Of a stretch of 64,000 bases of DNA, positions 18,410 to 27,025 are shown in pieces. A model generated the notes under the pieces. The model saw nothing but the letters and a program-made list of their open reading frames with translations. It was not told the DNA's origin and did no database searches. Source of the DNA: Candidatus Altimarinota bacterium (GTDB lineage: Bacteria > Patescibacteriota > Gracilibacteria > 1-14-2-50-48-13); NCBI GenBank assembly GCA_046314355.1, contig JBKBWQ010000001.1:672001-736000 (forward strand), in the 5' to 3' direction. How positions within the stretch are numbered: the first letter of the stretch is position 1; every line of letters begins with the position of its first letter. The position numbers were made by a program, and so were the translations under genes.

Positions 18410-19840
18410 TCAATACGCCTTTGCAAAGAATATCCGTCTCTTACTCTCTTTTCCGCAATACACACAGTTTCCCTTTTCATCCTTCTCATCAAACAGTCTG
18501 CATCTCGTAGTCGCCTTTGTCTCTTCTTTGATCTTCGCTTCACAATCAGCACTCTCGCACCAGTGAGCATGTACGAATCCGTCCTCTGCTTCTATATGCT
18601 TCTTAAAGTCATCATAATTTTCTACTTTGTGAGTATGGCTATCTCTGAATCCTCTAGCAGTAGAGTACATAGACTCTTGAATACTAGTAAGTAATTCAGG
18701 AAGTTTTTGCACTATATCACTCATAGCAATAATTTCTTTTTCTCCAGTATCTCTTCGAGCTGCCACTACCTGTGAAGCCGCAAAATCCCGTGGTCCTATT
18801 TCTACTCTCACTGGTACTCCCTTCAACTCCCATTCAAAGAATTTTGCTCCAGGAGACATATAATCCCGAGTATCAACCTCAATACGAACATTTGGAAGTG
18901 CTTTCTTGATTTCTTCAGCAACACCAAGTACCTGAGCTTTTTCTTCATCAGTCTTTCCAATAGGTACAATAACTACCTGTGTTGGAGCTATGACTGGAGG
19001 CAATTGTAGTCCTTTGTCATCTCCGTGTACTACTACCAATGCTCCTATTACTCTTGTGGTAAGTCCCCAAGATGTTTGCCATACATATTCGAGTTCATTT
19101 TTTTCATTTTGAAACTCAATACCGATGGATTTTGAGAAGCTCTGCCCTAAGAAGTGAGAAGTACATCCTTGAATTGCTTTTCCGTCCTTTGCGAGAGCTT
19201 CAACAGTTGTCGTATATACTGCTCCTGGAAATTTTTCCCCTTCACTTTTCTTCCCTACATATCCAGGTATCGCGAGAAATTTAGAATAGAATTCATCATA
19301 CATCTCAATAGCACGCATCGTTTCTTTTTCTGCCTCATCAGCTGTAGCATGACAAGTATGTCCTTCCTGCCAAAGAAACTCTGTAGTTCGTAAGAAAAGA
19401 CGTGTTCTCTTTTCCATTCGAACTACATTTGCCCATTGATTAATAAGAAGCGGTAGATCTCTATGACTATGTATCCAGTCTTTAAATGTAGCATACATAA
19501 TAGTCTCAGAAGTAGGTCGAATAACAAGAGGCTCCTCAAGTTTTTCATTACCTACATGAGTAACAGTTGCAAGTTCAGGAGCAAATCCTTCCACATGTTC
19601 TGCTTCACGGTCAATAAAACTCTTTGGAATGAAAAGAGGAAAATAAGCATTTTTTACCCCTGCTGCTTTAATCTTACTATTCAGCTCAGTCTGAATATTT
19701 TCCCAAAGTGCGTAGCCGTAAGGTTTAATCACCATACATCCTTTTACAGGAGAGTAATCCGCAAGACCAGCCTGCAGAATTACGTCTGTATACCATTTTG
19801 AGAAATCTTCTTTTTGAGAAGTGAGTTTTTGTTGTGCCAT
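18410..19840 (-). CDS. proS: Proline--tRNA ligase (archaeal/eukaryote-type)
   Basis: Motifs DFSKWY, RPTSET, QWANVVR, EFLWQEGHT, TSWGLTTR, a C-terminal Zn-like domain, and a terminal FAKAY. No INS domain. Confidence 0.97.
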   Translation of the reverse strand: MAQQKLTSQKEDFSKWYTDVILQAGLADYSPVKGCMVIKPYGYALWENIQTELNSKIKAAGVKNAYFPLFIPKSFIDREAEHVEGFAPELATVTHVGNEKLEEPLVIRPTSETIMYATFKDWIHSHRDLPLLINQWANVVRMEKRTRLFLRTTEFLWQEGHTCHATADEAEKETMRAIEMYDEFYSKFLAIPGYVGKKSEGEKFPGAVYTTTVEALAKDGKAIQGCTSHFLGQSFSKSIGIEFQNEKNELEYVWQTSWGLTTRVIGALVVVHGDDKGLQLPPVIAPTQVVIVPIGKTDEEKAQVLGVAEEIKKALPNVRIEVDTRDYMSPGAKFFEWELKGVPVRVEIGPRDFAASQVVAARRDTGEKEIIAMSDIVQKLPELLTSIQESMYSTARGFRDSHTHKVENYDDFKKHIEAEDGFVHAHWCESADCEAKIKEETKATTRCRLFDEKDEKGNCVYCGKESKRRIFFAKAY

Positions 19841-19960
19841 GGGTGTGTATTCTAAATAACGATAGTACAGGTACTATAGGGAAAAATCACCAAATGTACA
19901 AGGAATGATTTCACTACTACAACCTAGCACACTGGAGTTCCGTCCAATAATTCGATGAAT

Positions 19961-20356
19961 CTATAAGCCTTTCAATTTCTCAAGCCCCCCTTTCCTTTTC
20001 ACAATATTTTTATAATCCCACTGAATATTTTCAGATTTTTGAAGCCAGATACGAAGATCTTCAGTATTTACTTCTTGTACATTTTTATACCTTTTTTGGG
20101 CAGCCTTAAAAGTACCCTCTATTTCTAAGCCAGTCTCATCAAAGGATTGTCCGCTCCAAAAGAGTAGTTGAATATCATTTTTACGTTTAGCATACCCTAC
20201 AATCGGATTTCCTTCCAGGAACCATACAGGATGACTATGCCAGACTTTGCTTTCGGCTTTAGGCAAAGAAGCATCGATTTCTGATGCTAAAAGATCACAT
20301 ATCGCTTTATCATCAGGAAGCTGTAATTCGTTGTATTGTATGATATCTTGATGCAT
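19961..20356 (-). CDS. DUF1801 (YdhG-like) protein
   Basis: Motifs SKVWHSHPVWFLEGNPIVGY, LLFWSGQSF, QWDYKNIVKRKG. Start placed at MHQDI. Confidence 0.85.
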   Translation of the reverse strand: MHQDIIQYNELQLPDDKAICDLLASEIDASLPKAESKVWHSHPVWFLEGNPIVGYAKRKNDIQLLFWSGQSFDETGLEIEGTFKAAQKRYKNVQEVNTEDLRIWLQKSENIQWDYKNIVKRKGGLEKLKGL

Positions 20357-20534
20357 TGTGGGAATAGTTATGAAATTAGCGAGTGAATTATAGTAAGTAT
20401 ACCGGAACTTTGTCATAAAAATAGCCTTTTCAATTACTAATTACTACTTACTCAATTACTGAGCCCTCACTTCCCCTTGCTTTTCCCCGGCTTTTTCGTA
20501 TTGTAGAATAGTTCTTTCACAGAATAGAAATTGT

Positions 20535-20611
20535 GCCCGCGTAGCTCAGCTGGATAGAGTACTTGGCTTCGAACCAAGGGGTCGTAGGTTCGAACCCTGC
20601 CGCGGGTACCA
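20535..20611 (+). tRNA. tRNA-Arg(TCG)
   Basis: Acceptor GCCCGCG/CGCGGGT, D-loop with A20, anticodon arm CTTGG-CT TCG AA-CCAAG, GGTTCGAAC, encoded CCA. Confidence 0.97.
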
Positions 20612-20712
20612 GAATTTTCTTCGAAAATTCGAGTACTTAGTAGTGAGTACTTTGTAATTAGTACGCCCTTTTTATAATGAGCCACTAATTACTAACTACA
20701 AACTACTATCAC

Positions 20713-22425
20713 TCACGCGAAGCGTATATGCACTCGTAGCTCAGCTGGATAGAGCGTTGGTTTGCGGAACCAAAGGTCGTAGGTTCGAACCCTGTCGAGT
20801 GCACCATATAGAAATTTTAAGGTACTCAACATAGTGTTAAGCTTGTTTGATGCAGGCTTTTTTGGTTCGACCACGCTAATACTCTTCTCTCCTTTAGGTT
20901 TGGCGAACCGAAACAGGATCTTTATTTTTAATTTTCCTTCTTCACTGTAGTAAGCCTCTATTCGTTCAACAAGGACAGAAATAATTGTACGTCTTTGCTC
21001 AAAGCTTAGATCATCTACTTTATCCTTAAAGTATAGAGCAAAGCCTTCAATCGCTTTGAAGGTCATTTCATGGTTAATGAGTCGCTCAAGTTCATCTAAT
21101 AGGGCTTGTTCACTTTTCATACAATCATTAATTGTTTTCTGATACTCAGCTTGCTTTCTATCCCTAAATTCTTCAGAAATACTTCCCTTATAGTAATCTT
21201 CCATAAGCCTCTCAAAAGATTTTTCAGCAATCTCCTTTTGTCTGACAACGTTCTCTATTTCACGCTGTTTACCTCGAACGTGGACTTTGGTGACAATTTG
21301 TTTTTTATAAATCGCAAAAAACTTTTTAGGGTTATTTATAGCCATCAGTACATGGTTCCACACAAAATTATCAATTACCTCTCCTGGTATCTCTAAATTG
21401 CTATACCTTAAACCATCCTCACGAATAAAAGCCTTATGACGATACGAATGCCCTCCTTTGGGTCTCATATATCCAATAAATTTCCTCTTTGATATTGGAT
21501 TATATATTTTTCTTGAAAGTAGGTACTCACGTTGTCCTCCTCCTTTATTACCACTAGTTTCTGTAATCTCATGAATAATCTCCTTAGCTTGGTCAAAAAC
21601 TACCTTCGTAATGATCTGTGGTGCCTTCTCTCTTACAACTCCATGATCCTTGAATGTGATCTCTCTATACCCCAAATAAATGCTATTTTTTAATATATCT
21701 TTAATAGATGTATCATACCATTGGGTATCCTTCACCTTAGAGCCTCGTTGATTAGACTTAGGGACATGTAGCTTATTCATTTCTATAGCAATTTCACCGT
21801 AGTTCTTGCGTTCAAGTATAAACCAAAAAAAGATCTGCTTTACCCATTTAGCTTCTTCAGGGATTACTTCAAGCTGTGAGCCTTTCTTATCTATATTTTT
21901 CACTTTTTTGTACCCATATGGTACAGCTGAACCCGTATAGTTACCAAGCCGAGCAGAGGCAATCTTCCCTTCCATCGTGCGAGTTTTTATTGTTTCTCTT
22001 TCAAACTCAGCCAAAGCACCAAAGATCTGGAATGTAAGCTTACCAATAGGACCAGTAAAATCTACATTCTCTTTGAGAGAATAGAAACTTACTCCATACT
22101 TCTGCATCTCTTCAAAAGCAAACAATAGATGTGAAAGATTACGGGACAAGCGGTCAATCTTCCATACAGCAACTAGGTCCACTTCTTTACGCTTCACACA
22201 CTCCATTAGTTCCTTGAATTTTGGACGGTTTAAATCTGCACCACTTAGCCCCTCATCAATAAATTCCCATTTCTTCTCATGGACCCAGTTATGTAATTTA
22301 CTGCGGTATTTTACTAGCTCATTTAGTCCATCAAGTTGCATAGCTAAGCCAAAGCCTTCTACTTGCTCTTCCGTAGAAACTCGGAGGTAAAAAGCTACTC
22401 GTACAGGTTTTTTGTCTTCTTCCAT
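20713..22425 (-). CDS. Large serine recombinase (integrase); last 29 codons run antisense through tRNA-Arg(GCG)
   Basis: Catalytic YLRVST motif, then DEGLSGA, RPKF, DRLSR, AEFERETI, PYGY (recombinase domain) and a coiled coil. Confidence 0.93.
   Translation of the reverse strand: MEEDKKPVRVAFYLRVSTEEQVEGFGLAMQLDGLNELVKYRSKLHNWVHEKKWEFIDEGLSGADLNRPKFKELMECVKRKEVDLVAVWKIDRLSRNLSHLLFAFEEMQKYGVSFYSLKENVDFTGPIGKLTFQIFGALAEFERETIKTRTMEGKIASARLGNYTGSAVPYGYKKVKNIDKKGSQLEVIPEEAKWVKQIFFWFILERKNYGEIAIEMNKLHVPKSNQRGSKVKDTQWYDTSIKDILKNSIYLGYREITFKDHGVVREKAPQIITKVVFDQAKEIIHEITETSGNKGGGQREYLLSRKIYNPISKRKFIGYMRPKGGHSYRHKAFIREDGLRYSNLEIPGEVIDNFVWNHVLMAINNPKKFFAIYKKQIVTKVHVRGKQREIENVVRQKEIAEKSFERLMEDYYKGSISEEFRDRKQAEYQKTINDCMKSEQALLDELERLINHEMTFKAIEGFALYFKDKVDDLSFEQRRTIISVLVERIEAYYSEEGKLKIKILFRFAKPKGEKSISVVEPKKPASNKLNTMLSTLKFLYGALDRVRTYDLWFRKPTLYPAELRVHIRFA
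20730..20806 (+). tRNA. tRNA-Arg(GCG), the integration target
   Basis: Acceptor GCACTCG/CGAGTGC, anticodon arm TTGGT-TT GCG GA-ACCAA, T-arm, encoded CCA. Confidence 0.96.
20802..20808 (+). other. att core CACCATA at the tRNA-proximal junction (tRNA C72-A73-CCA plus TA)
   Basis: Identical 7-mer at 30082-30088. On the minus strand it encodes Y540-G541 of the integrase. Confidence 0.75.
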
Positions 22426-22504
22426 GCAGTAAAAAAAAAGAATGATACAGGTATTGTATACATCTTTTTTCTTCCTCTCAACGTTTCTCTTTAATCTTTC
22501 ATAC

Positions 22505-22705
22505 TTAACCTTGTGGAGCTCTTGTATCTTTTAAGATTACACGCAGTATAAATTCATCATCTTCTTCTCTCTTATCTTCAGGAATTTCATCATCAAAAAC
22601 AGCCTCTATTTCAATTATATGGGTCCTTCTCCCCATTGGAGGTATTACTAGAATAGAAGGATTATCCTGCTTATTCTGCGCTGTTTTAAGAGGTTTTTTC
22701 TTCAC
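22505..22705 (-). CDS. Small protein upstream of the integrase (possible directionality factor)
   Basis: 66 aa, GTG start, basic N-terminus and acidic C-terminus. Function inferred from position only. Confidence 0.5.
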   Translation of the reverse strand: MKKKPLKTAQNKQDNPSILVIPPMGRRTHIIEIEAVFDDEIPEDKREEDDEFILRVILKDTRAPQG

Positions 22706-22785
22706 AAAAAATCAAGATAGGATTTGTTGTAGTGATCCTACTGATTTAAATTATGACCTCGTGACATCAGAAACCAGAAGTAATG

Positions 22786-23496
22786 TCACAACCAACCAAT
22801 CCTTTGTTTTATCTCTTCTAATTTTCTATGAGAGATCTGACGTACATTTGCCGCCCTACGAGTGTCTGTTTGTTCATCCCCTTCAGGATAAACTTCTGCA
22901 ACAATATCCTTCGATGAATACTTATATTCTTCATCAAATGTTTTCACTTTCTTCCCTCTTTGCTGAGATTTTTCTAATATCATCTTATCTCTATTAGCAT
23001 TCTTTTTTGGTCTATGTACTATAGCTTTATTAGGCTCTGAGAAATTTCTAATAATCTCCATGAGTTCATTAGAAACTAACAATTCTTTCTGAGACGGTTT
23101 ACGGTATGTAGCAATTGAAAGTGTACTCGGTTGATTATTCTCATAATGACGAACAACCTCGGCATTAGCTACTGGAGCCGTAATTTCATTAAAAATCACA
23201 TAAGTTTCTATAGCTCTTCTGTAGCGCTTATCCACTTTAAGCTCATGACACCTTTGATGTAGTTTATTGATGTCTTCGCACCAATCTTCAATCTTCTCAT
23301 CTAAGTTTATATACCATTCAGTTTTTTGCTCACCACCTTTTACAGTGAAAGGAAAACCTTCTAAAGGTATATTATAGCATTTACGAAGCTCTGTGACATT
23401 TTCTTTAAATGCTGGAATCTGAACAAGCAATTCCATTAGGTTGAGATTTGCTTGGTAAACATTCTTATCAAAGTCTTCATTCTCAATCTGTTTCAT
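22786..23496 (-). CDS. Hypothetical protein, possible C-terminal HTH-like DNA-binding domain
   Basis: 236 aa with a basic C-terminus (RDKMILE...YSSKDIVAEV...AANVRQISHR). Start overlaps the OLD gene stop. Confidence 0.7.
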   Translation of the reverse strand: MKQIENEDFDKNVYQANLNLMELLVQIPAFKENVTELRKCYNIPLEGFPFTVKGGEQKTEWYINLDEKIEDWCEDINKLHQRCHELKVDKRYRRAIETYVIFNEITAPVANAEVVRHYENNQPSTLSIATYRKPSQKELLVSNELMEIIRNFSEPNKAIVHRPKKNANRDKMILEKSQQRGKKVKTFDEEYKYSSKDIVAEVYPEGDEQTDTRRAANVRQISHRKLEEIKQRIGWL

Positions 23497-25489
23497 GACT
23501 TCTAGTTAGATCTTGAATATCATTCCAATGGACAATTTGCATGTGCAATTTTTCAATCATGGAAATTAAGACTTGGTTATCTTTGAGGTCTTGTATAACC
23601 ATGTTTTTGGTAACTTTTAATGCAAACCTTTTCTTGGCCTTAGTATAACGATCTTGATATTTTTCATCTAGAGATTTCTCAAATGGTTGACCTCTTTTAT
23701 TCATTTCATAGGTATCAGGTACAATGTCATCTTTATATGCCCTGACCAAGCAATCTCTAGTTAAGTAATTCTCTATTTCAGTTCCATCTGTTATCCATCC
23801 AAATCCATGTCCCTTATTAGCTTCTGCCTCAATCTTAATTTTAGTTGACCACATATTATCTGTTTCACTATCTCTATCCATCAATACAACCGCATTTCTA
23901 TTTATATGTAACATACTTATAAAGTCTTGATTAGCTTCTTCTACTTCGTCTATCCAATCTTGATCCAAATCAAAATTTGAAAGTACTTTTCCACCGTAAA
24001 ATAGTATTGAAAAATCTCTACCCTCAACAACTTTTGTAATATTTTCATTTAATGCTTGAAAAAGGTTTAGCCACTTTAGAAGATATATTCTATCTGAAGG
24101 ACCTTCCACCCATATAATTCCATTTGACTGCAATAGATCAGAAGCAAATATACCCAGCTCCCTACAAAGGTCTGACATAGAATTACAGTCTCCATTATCA
24201 TTAAAAATATTTTCTACTCTGCTGAATGTTTCCTTTGCATCCATCGAAACCTTTATAATTTTCGTTGAAGTTCTTATTTTCAGTAATGGATCAATAAACG
24301 TATTTGAGTGAGTCGTAATGAAAAATTGGTATCCATACTTTTTACTTTGATCCATTAAAAACCTTATGAATGCTCTTTGTAGCTTTGGATGGAAGTGTGA
24401 TTCAGGTTCTTCAATTAAAATTAATGAATTCTCTGTCGATAGAATAATCTCGAGAGACATATAAATTAATTGTTCAAGACCAGCTCCAAGTTGCGAAAGC
24501 GGAAGTATCTTATCATCAAGACTTAGCTCAATAGCATACTGTGTACTCTCATTTATATCTGGAAATATGAGCTCTAGCCTATCTATTTGATTTTCAGGTA
24601 TGGAAGGAAAAAGTAGTTCTCTAAGCATTTGCTTAACTTGTAGGAATTTCTTTCGTTCGGCGATTCTACCGTCTCTAAGATTCATTAATCTCTGGACAAT
24701 TCTACCTTCTAAATCATCTTTTAATTCATTATGTCTCTTCTCAAATAAAAGAGGATATATTCCTCTTAATGGTTGAATGGTTGTCAAACGATTACTAGAG
24801 ATGCTACGCAAGACCCTTTTCAACACTATGCCTACATCACCAAACATAGACCTCGCCTTAACAGCTATACCTTCAGGTACGTGGCGACTAACAGGATCCA
24901 TTGCACTAATAATTCCTCTCGATTCATGTACGCTAATTACCAAATTTTCTTCTATATCAAACAACGTATACTCTCTACCATTCTCAGAATCAGGGATAGA
25001 TAATCCAATAAGTTCTGCCTGCAATTCCATTTGATGAATTTCCTTTATCTTAAATTTAAATTTTAAAGATTTTTCTTCTCTTTCTGATTCTTCCCATAAT
25101 GTGGGTATAATTTTTATTTGACGTTGCCCTGCATTAAAAAATGGTAGAATAGTTTTTATTTCATCAGCTTCTTCTTTTGTAAAAACCAAAGCAAAAGAAA
25201 TATATAATTCTTTTGGAATTTTCTGCATATAAAAAAGATCCTCAATTTTTCTTATAAAACTAAGCTTAGTCTTAATATCATCAATACCTATTACATGAGT
25301 AAAGTGTTCCCTATTATTCCATTCAGCAGAAAACAAGATATAATGAATGAATAGTAACGATTTTAAAACATTAGATTTACCTTCATTGTTTGGTCCTATA
25401 ATCAAATTATATTTATCAAAAGTGACATCTAAAGGGTGTTCTTCTGAAAAACTAAGCATATTACTAATATGTAGACTTTGTATTTTCAT
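23483..25489 (-). CDS. OLD-family ATP-dependent nuclease (ABC ATPase plus TOPRIM)
   Basis: ATPase: Walker A GPNNEGKSN, signature LGAG, Walker B LIEEPESHFHP, ITTHSN. TOPRIM: WVEGPSD, DRD, EIENYL. Confidence 0.9.
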   Translation of the reverse strand: MKIQSLHISNMLSFSEEHPLDVTFDKYNLIIGPNNEGKSNVLKSLLFIHYILFSAEWNNREHFTHVIGIDDIKTKLSFIRKIEDLFYMQKIPKELYISFALVFTKEEADEIKTILPFFNAGQRQIKIIPTLWEESEREEKSLKFKFKIKEIHQMELQAELIGLSIPDSENGREYTLFDIEENLVISVHESRGIISAMDPVSRHVPEGIAVKARSMFGDVGIVLKRVLRSISSNRLTTIQPLRGIYPLLFEKRHNELKDDLEGRIVQRLMNLRDGRIAERKKFLQVKQMLRELLFPSIPENQIDRLELIFPDINESTQYAIELSLDDKILPLSQLGAGLEQLIYMSLEIILSTENSLILIEEPESHFHPKLQRAFIRFLMDQSKKYGYQFFITTHSNTFIDPLLKIRTSTKIIKVSMDAKETFSRVENIFNDNGDCNSMSDLCRELGIFASDLLQSNGIIWVEGPSDRIYLLKWLNLFQALNENITKVVEGRDFSILFYGGKVLSNFDLDQDWIDEVEEANQDFISMLHINRNAVVLMDRDSETDNMWSTKIKIEAEANKGHGFGWITDGTEIENYLTRDCLVRAYKDDIVPDTYEMNKRGQPFEKSLDEKYQDRYTKAKKRFALKVTKNMVIQDLKDNQVLISMIEKLHMQIVHWNDIQDLTRSHETD

Positions 25490-25545
25490 GAATTATCTGT
25501 AGTTAATTTAAGAATACTATAAGCCATACTAGTGAAAATAAGGCT

Positions 25546-25577
25546 AAAAAAAAGACCTTGTTAGAACAAGGTCTTTT
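25546..25577 (-). terminator. Intrinsic terminator after the SLH/DUF4352 gene
   Basis: AAAAGACCTTGTT-AG-AACAAGGTCTTTT, with a long T-tract on the minus strand. Confidence 0.75.
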
Positions 25578-25582
25578 AGACT

Positions 25583-26305
25583 TTATAAATTCACATAAAA
25601 CTGTCCAAGCTTCCCATAGTCTATTTCATACTTCAGATCTTTCAATGTCGCATCTATAGGAACCTCAAAAGCAACATATCCACGTGTCTCTCTTGTATTC
25701 TCAAGCTCTCCACTGCTTAGAAGAGGAGTTTTGTCTGTCACTGCCATCTGGTATGCGTAACTATCCTTGTCATAAAGGGTAAAGTTATAAGCATTATAGG
25801 AAATTGTTTTTCCACTATTATTACTGATCCGAACATCTGCAATAACATACTTCTTTCCTGCATCTGCTTTAAACAAAGATGATGAATAATCTGCCACACT
25901 ACTTACTGTAAGAGTGACGCCATTTAAAGTACCCGCAGAGTTGAGGCTGATTGTTTTAGATGTCTCAGTCGTATTTACATTTGTGTTTCCGTTAGAGGTA
26001 GTCGTAGTAGGATTTTTTAACATCGTATCTATCTGTGCCTTCGTATAGTAGTTTTTTGCTACGTACGCATTGTATCTATTCCACATTGCAGAAAGCTCCG
26101 CACGGTTTACGTTGTTTCCTGGTTTGAAGGTCCCATCGGGATTACCTCGTATAACGTCCCAATCTACCATTTTCTGGACATCGTTATAGAACCAGTCACT
26201 TGGACTGACATCGCTAAAACTCATTTGAGCTGCGAACGTTGCACCCACTCCGAAGAGAGAACCAACGAGAAATATTGCTGTGCCTACTGCCATTGTTTTT
26301 TTCAT
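25583..26305 (-). CDS. Secreted SLH-domain protein with a C-terminal DUF4352-like Ig fold
   Basis: Likely start MKKTMAVG (signal peptide). SLH motif FSDV..SDWF....GNPDGTFKPGNNVNRAE, a Thr/Asn linker, then GKKYVIADVRISN...F.LYD...GYVAFEVP. Confidence 0.85.
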   Translation of the reverse strand: MKKTMAVGTAIFLVGSLFGVGATFAAQMSFSDVSPSDWFYNDVQKMVDWDVIRGNPDGTFKPGNNVNRAELSAMWNRYNAYVAKNYYTKAQIDTMLKNPTTTTSNGNTNVNTTETSKTISLNSAGTLNGVTLTVSSVADYSSSLFKADAGKKYVIADVRISNNSGKTISYNAYNFTLYDKDSYAYQMAVTDKTPLLSSGELENTRETRGYVAFEVPIDATLKDLKYEIDYGKLGQFYVNL

Positions 26306-26331
26306 AGTTTTTGAAAAAAAGGGATAAAAAC

Positions 26332-26465
26332 AAAAAGGACGTACATGGCTGATCCAATACGCTTGCCCATAAGGTAGCCTTACTGGCATGTACGCCCACC
26401 TCTGGCAGTAAAGCCTTAGGAAAGAACGTTCCTTATGGAATTGGTAAACTATATTGGATCAGCAC
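26332..26465 (-). ncRNA. Putative structured 5' leader RNA (three nested helices, 11-bp loop-tail helix, U-tract)
   Basis: P1 13 bp (26451-63/26348-60), P2 8 bp (26431-38/26367-74), P3 10 bp (26406-15/26376-85). Loop 26387-97 is complementary to 26337-47. It begins just downstream of a TTGCAA..TGcTACTAT promoter. Confidence 0.72.
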
Positions 26466-26502
26466 GAAGATAGTAGCAGAAACAGAATCTTTTGCAATTA
26501 TA

Positions 26503-26552
26503 GTTTTCAACGTTGGAAACCCTCATTTCAGGGAGTTTCCAACGTTGAAAAC
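26503..26552. repeat. Perfect 18-bp inverted repeat whose arms are themselves near-palindromic
   Basis: GTTTTCAACGTTGGAAAC-14 nt-GTTTCCAACGTTGAAAAC. Confidence 0.9.
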
Positions 26553-27025
26553 CCCTAAGTATTTTAGAAAATACAGACCTAAAATTGACATATTTGTAAA
26601 TTAACAGCTAATCTCACCAAAGTACTGATTTAGCTCAAGCAAATCCAACCACAGATGCTAAATTATTACACATTTACAATACATGTATTTTATTTTTTTA
26701 TTCTATCTATCATTTGCGGTATGTCTGCTTAAAAAAGAGATATTTATATTTCATAGCATAAACATATCTTCTCTTTTGTGAGAGCTAACTTTACCTATTT
26801 TTACATTCATATTTATAAATAAGAATAACCTTTATCTTTAAGTAAATCCAACCAAGTATTTATACTTTACAGTATACTTTTTCTCCTTTCTTATTACAAT
26901 TTCTATATAAATCCCATTTTAGAGATAATCTCAATTATAAAAAAGCTTTAGAAACTGTATTATTTTGACTTATTCATGACCTGAATCTTATAAAATAGCT
27001 TAAATCTCTACCACCTCACTTATAA

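Noticed and set aside
18410-18412. Genetic code 25 (UGA=Gly), as in Gracilibacteria/Absconditabacteria
   Set aside because: proS ends with TGA exactly after its conserved terminal Tyr, and long genes are uninterrupted under code 11.
20467-20685. 72-aa minus-strand ORF resembling the integrase tail (RVRTYD...LYPAELR)
   Set aside because: It is the antisense shadow of tRNA-Arg(TCG). The similarity only reflects the two related tRNAs.
20580-20794. Identical GGTCGTAGGTTCGAACCCTG in both tRNA-Arg genes as an att duplication
   Set aside because: Both are complete tRNAs with different anticodons, and the cargo lies outside the interval between them.
23483-25489. Gabija or retron system
   Set aside because: No UvrD-like helicase or reverse transcriptase is present in the island.
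26306-26389. N-terminal extension MPVRLPYG... of the SLH gene, and ORF 26214-26399
   Set aside because: Both fall within the structured leader. The signal peptide starts at MKKTMAVG (26305).
26503-26552. GTTT...GAAAC repeats as a mini CRISPR array
   Set aside because: Only two 18-bp units with a 14-bp spacer, perfectly inverted, and no cas genes in the window.
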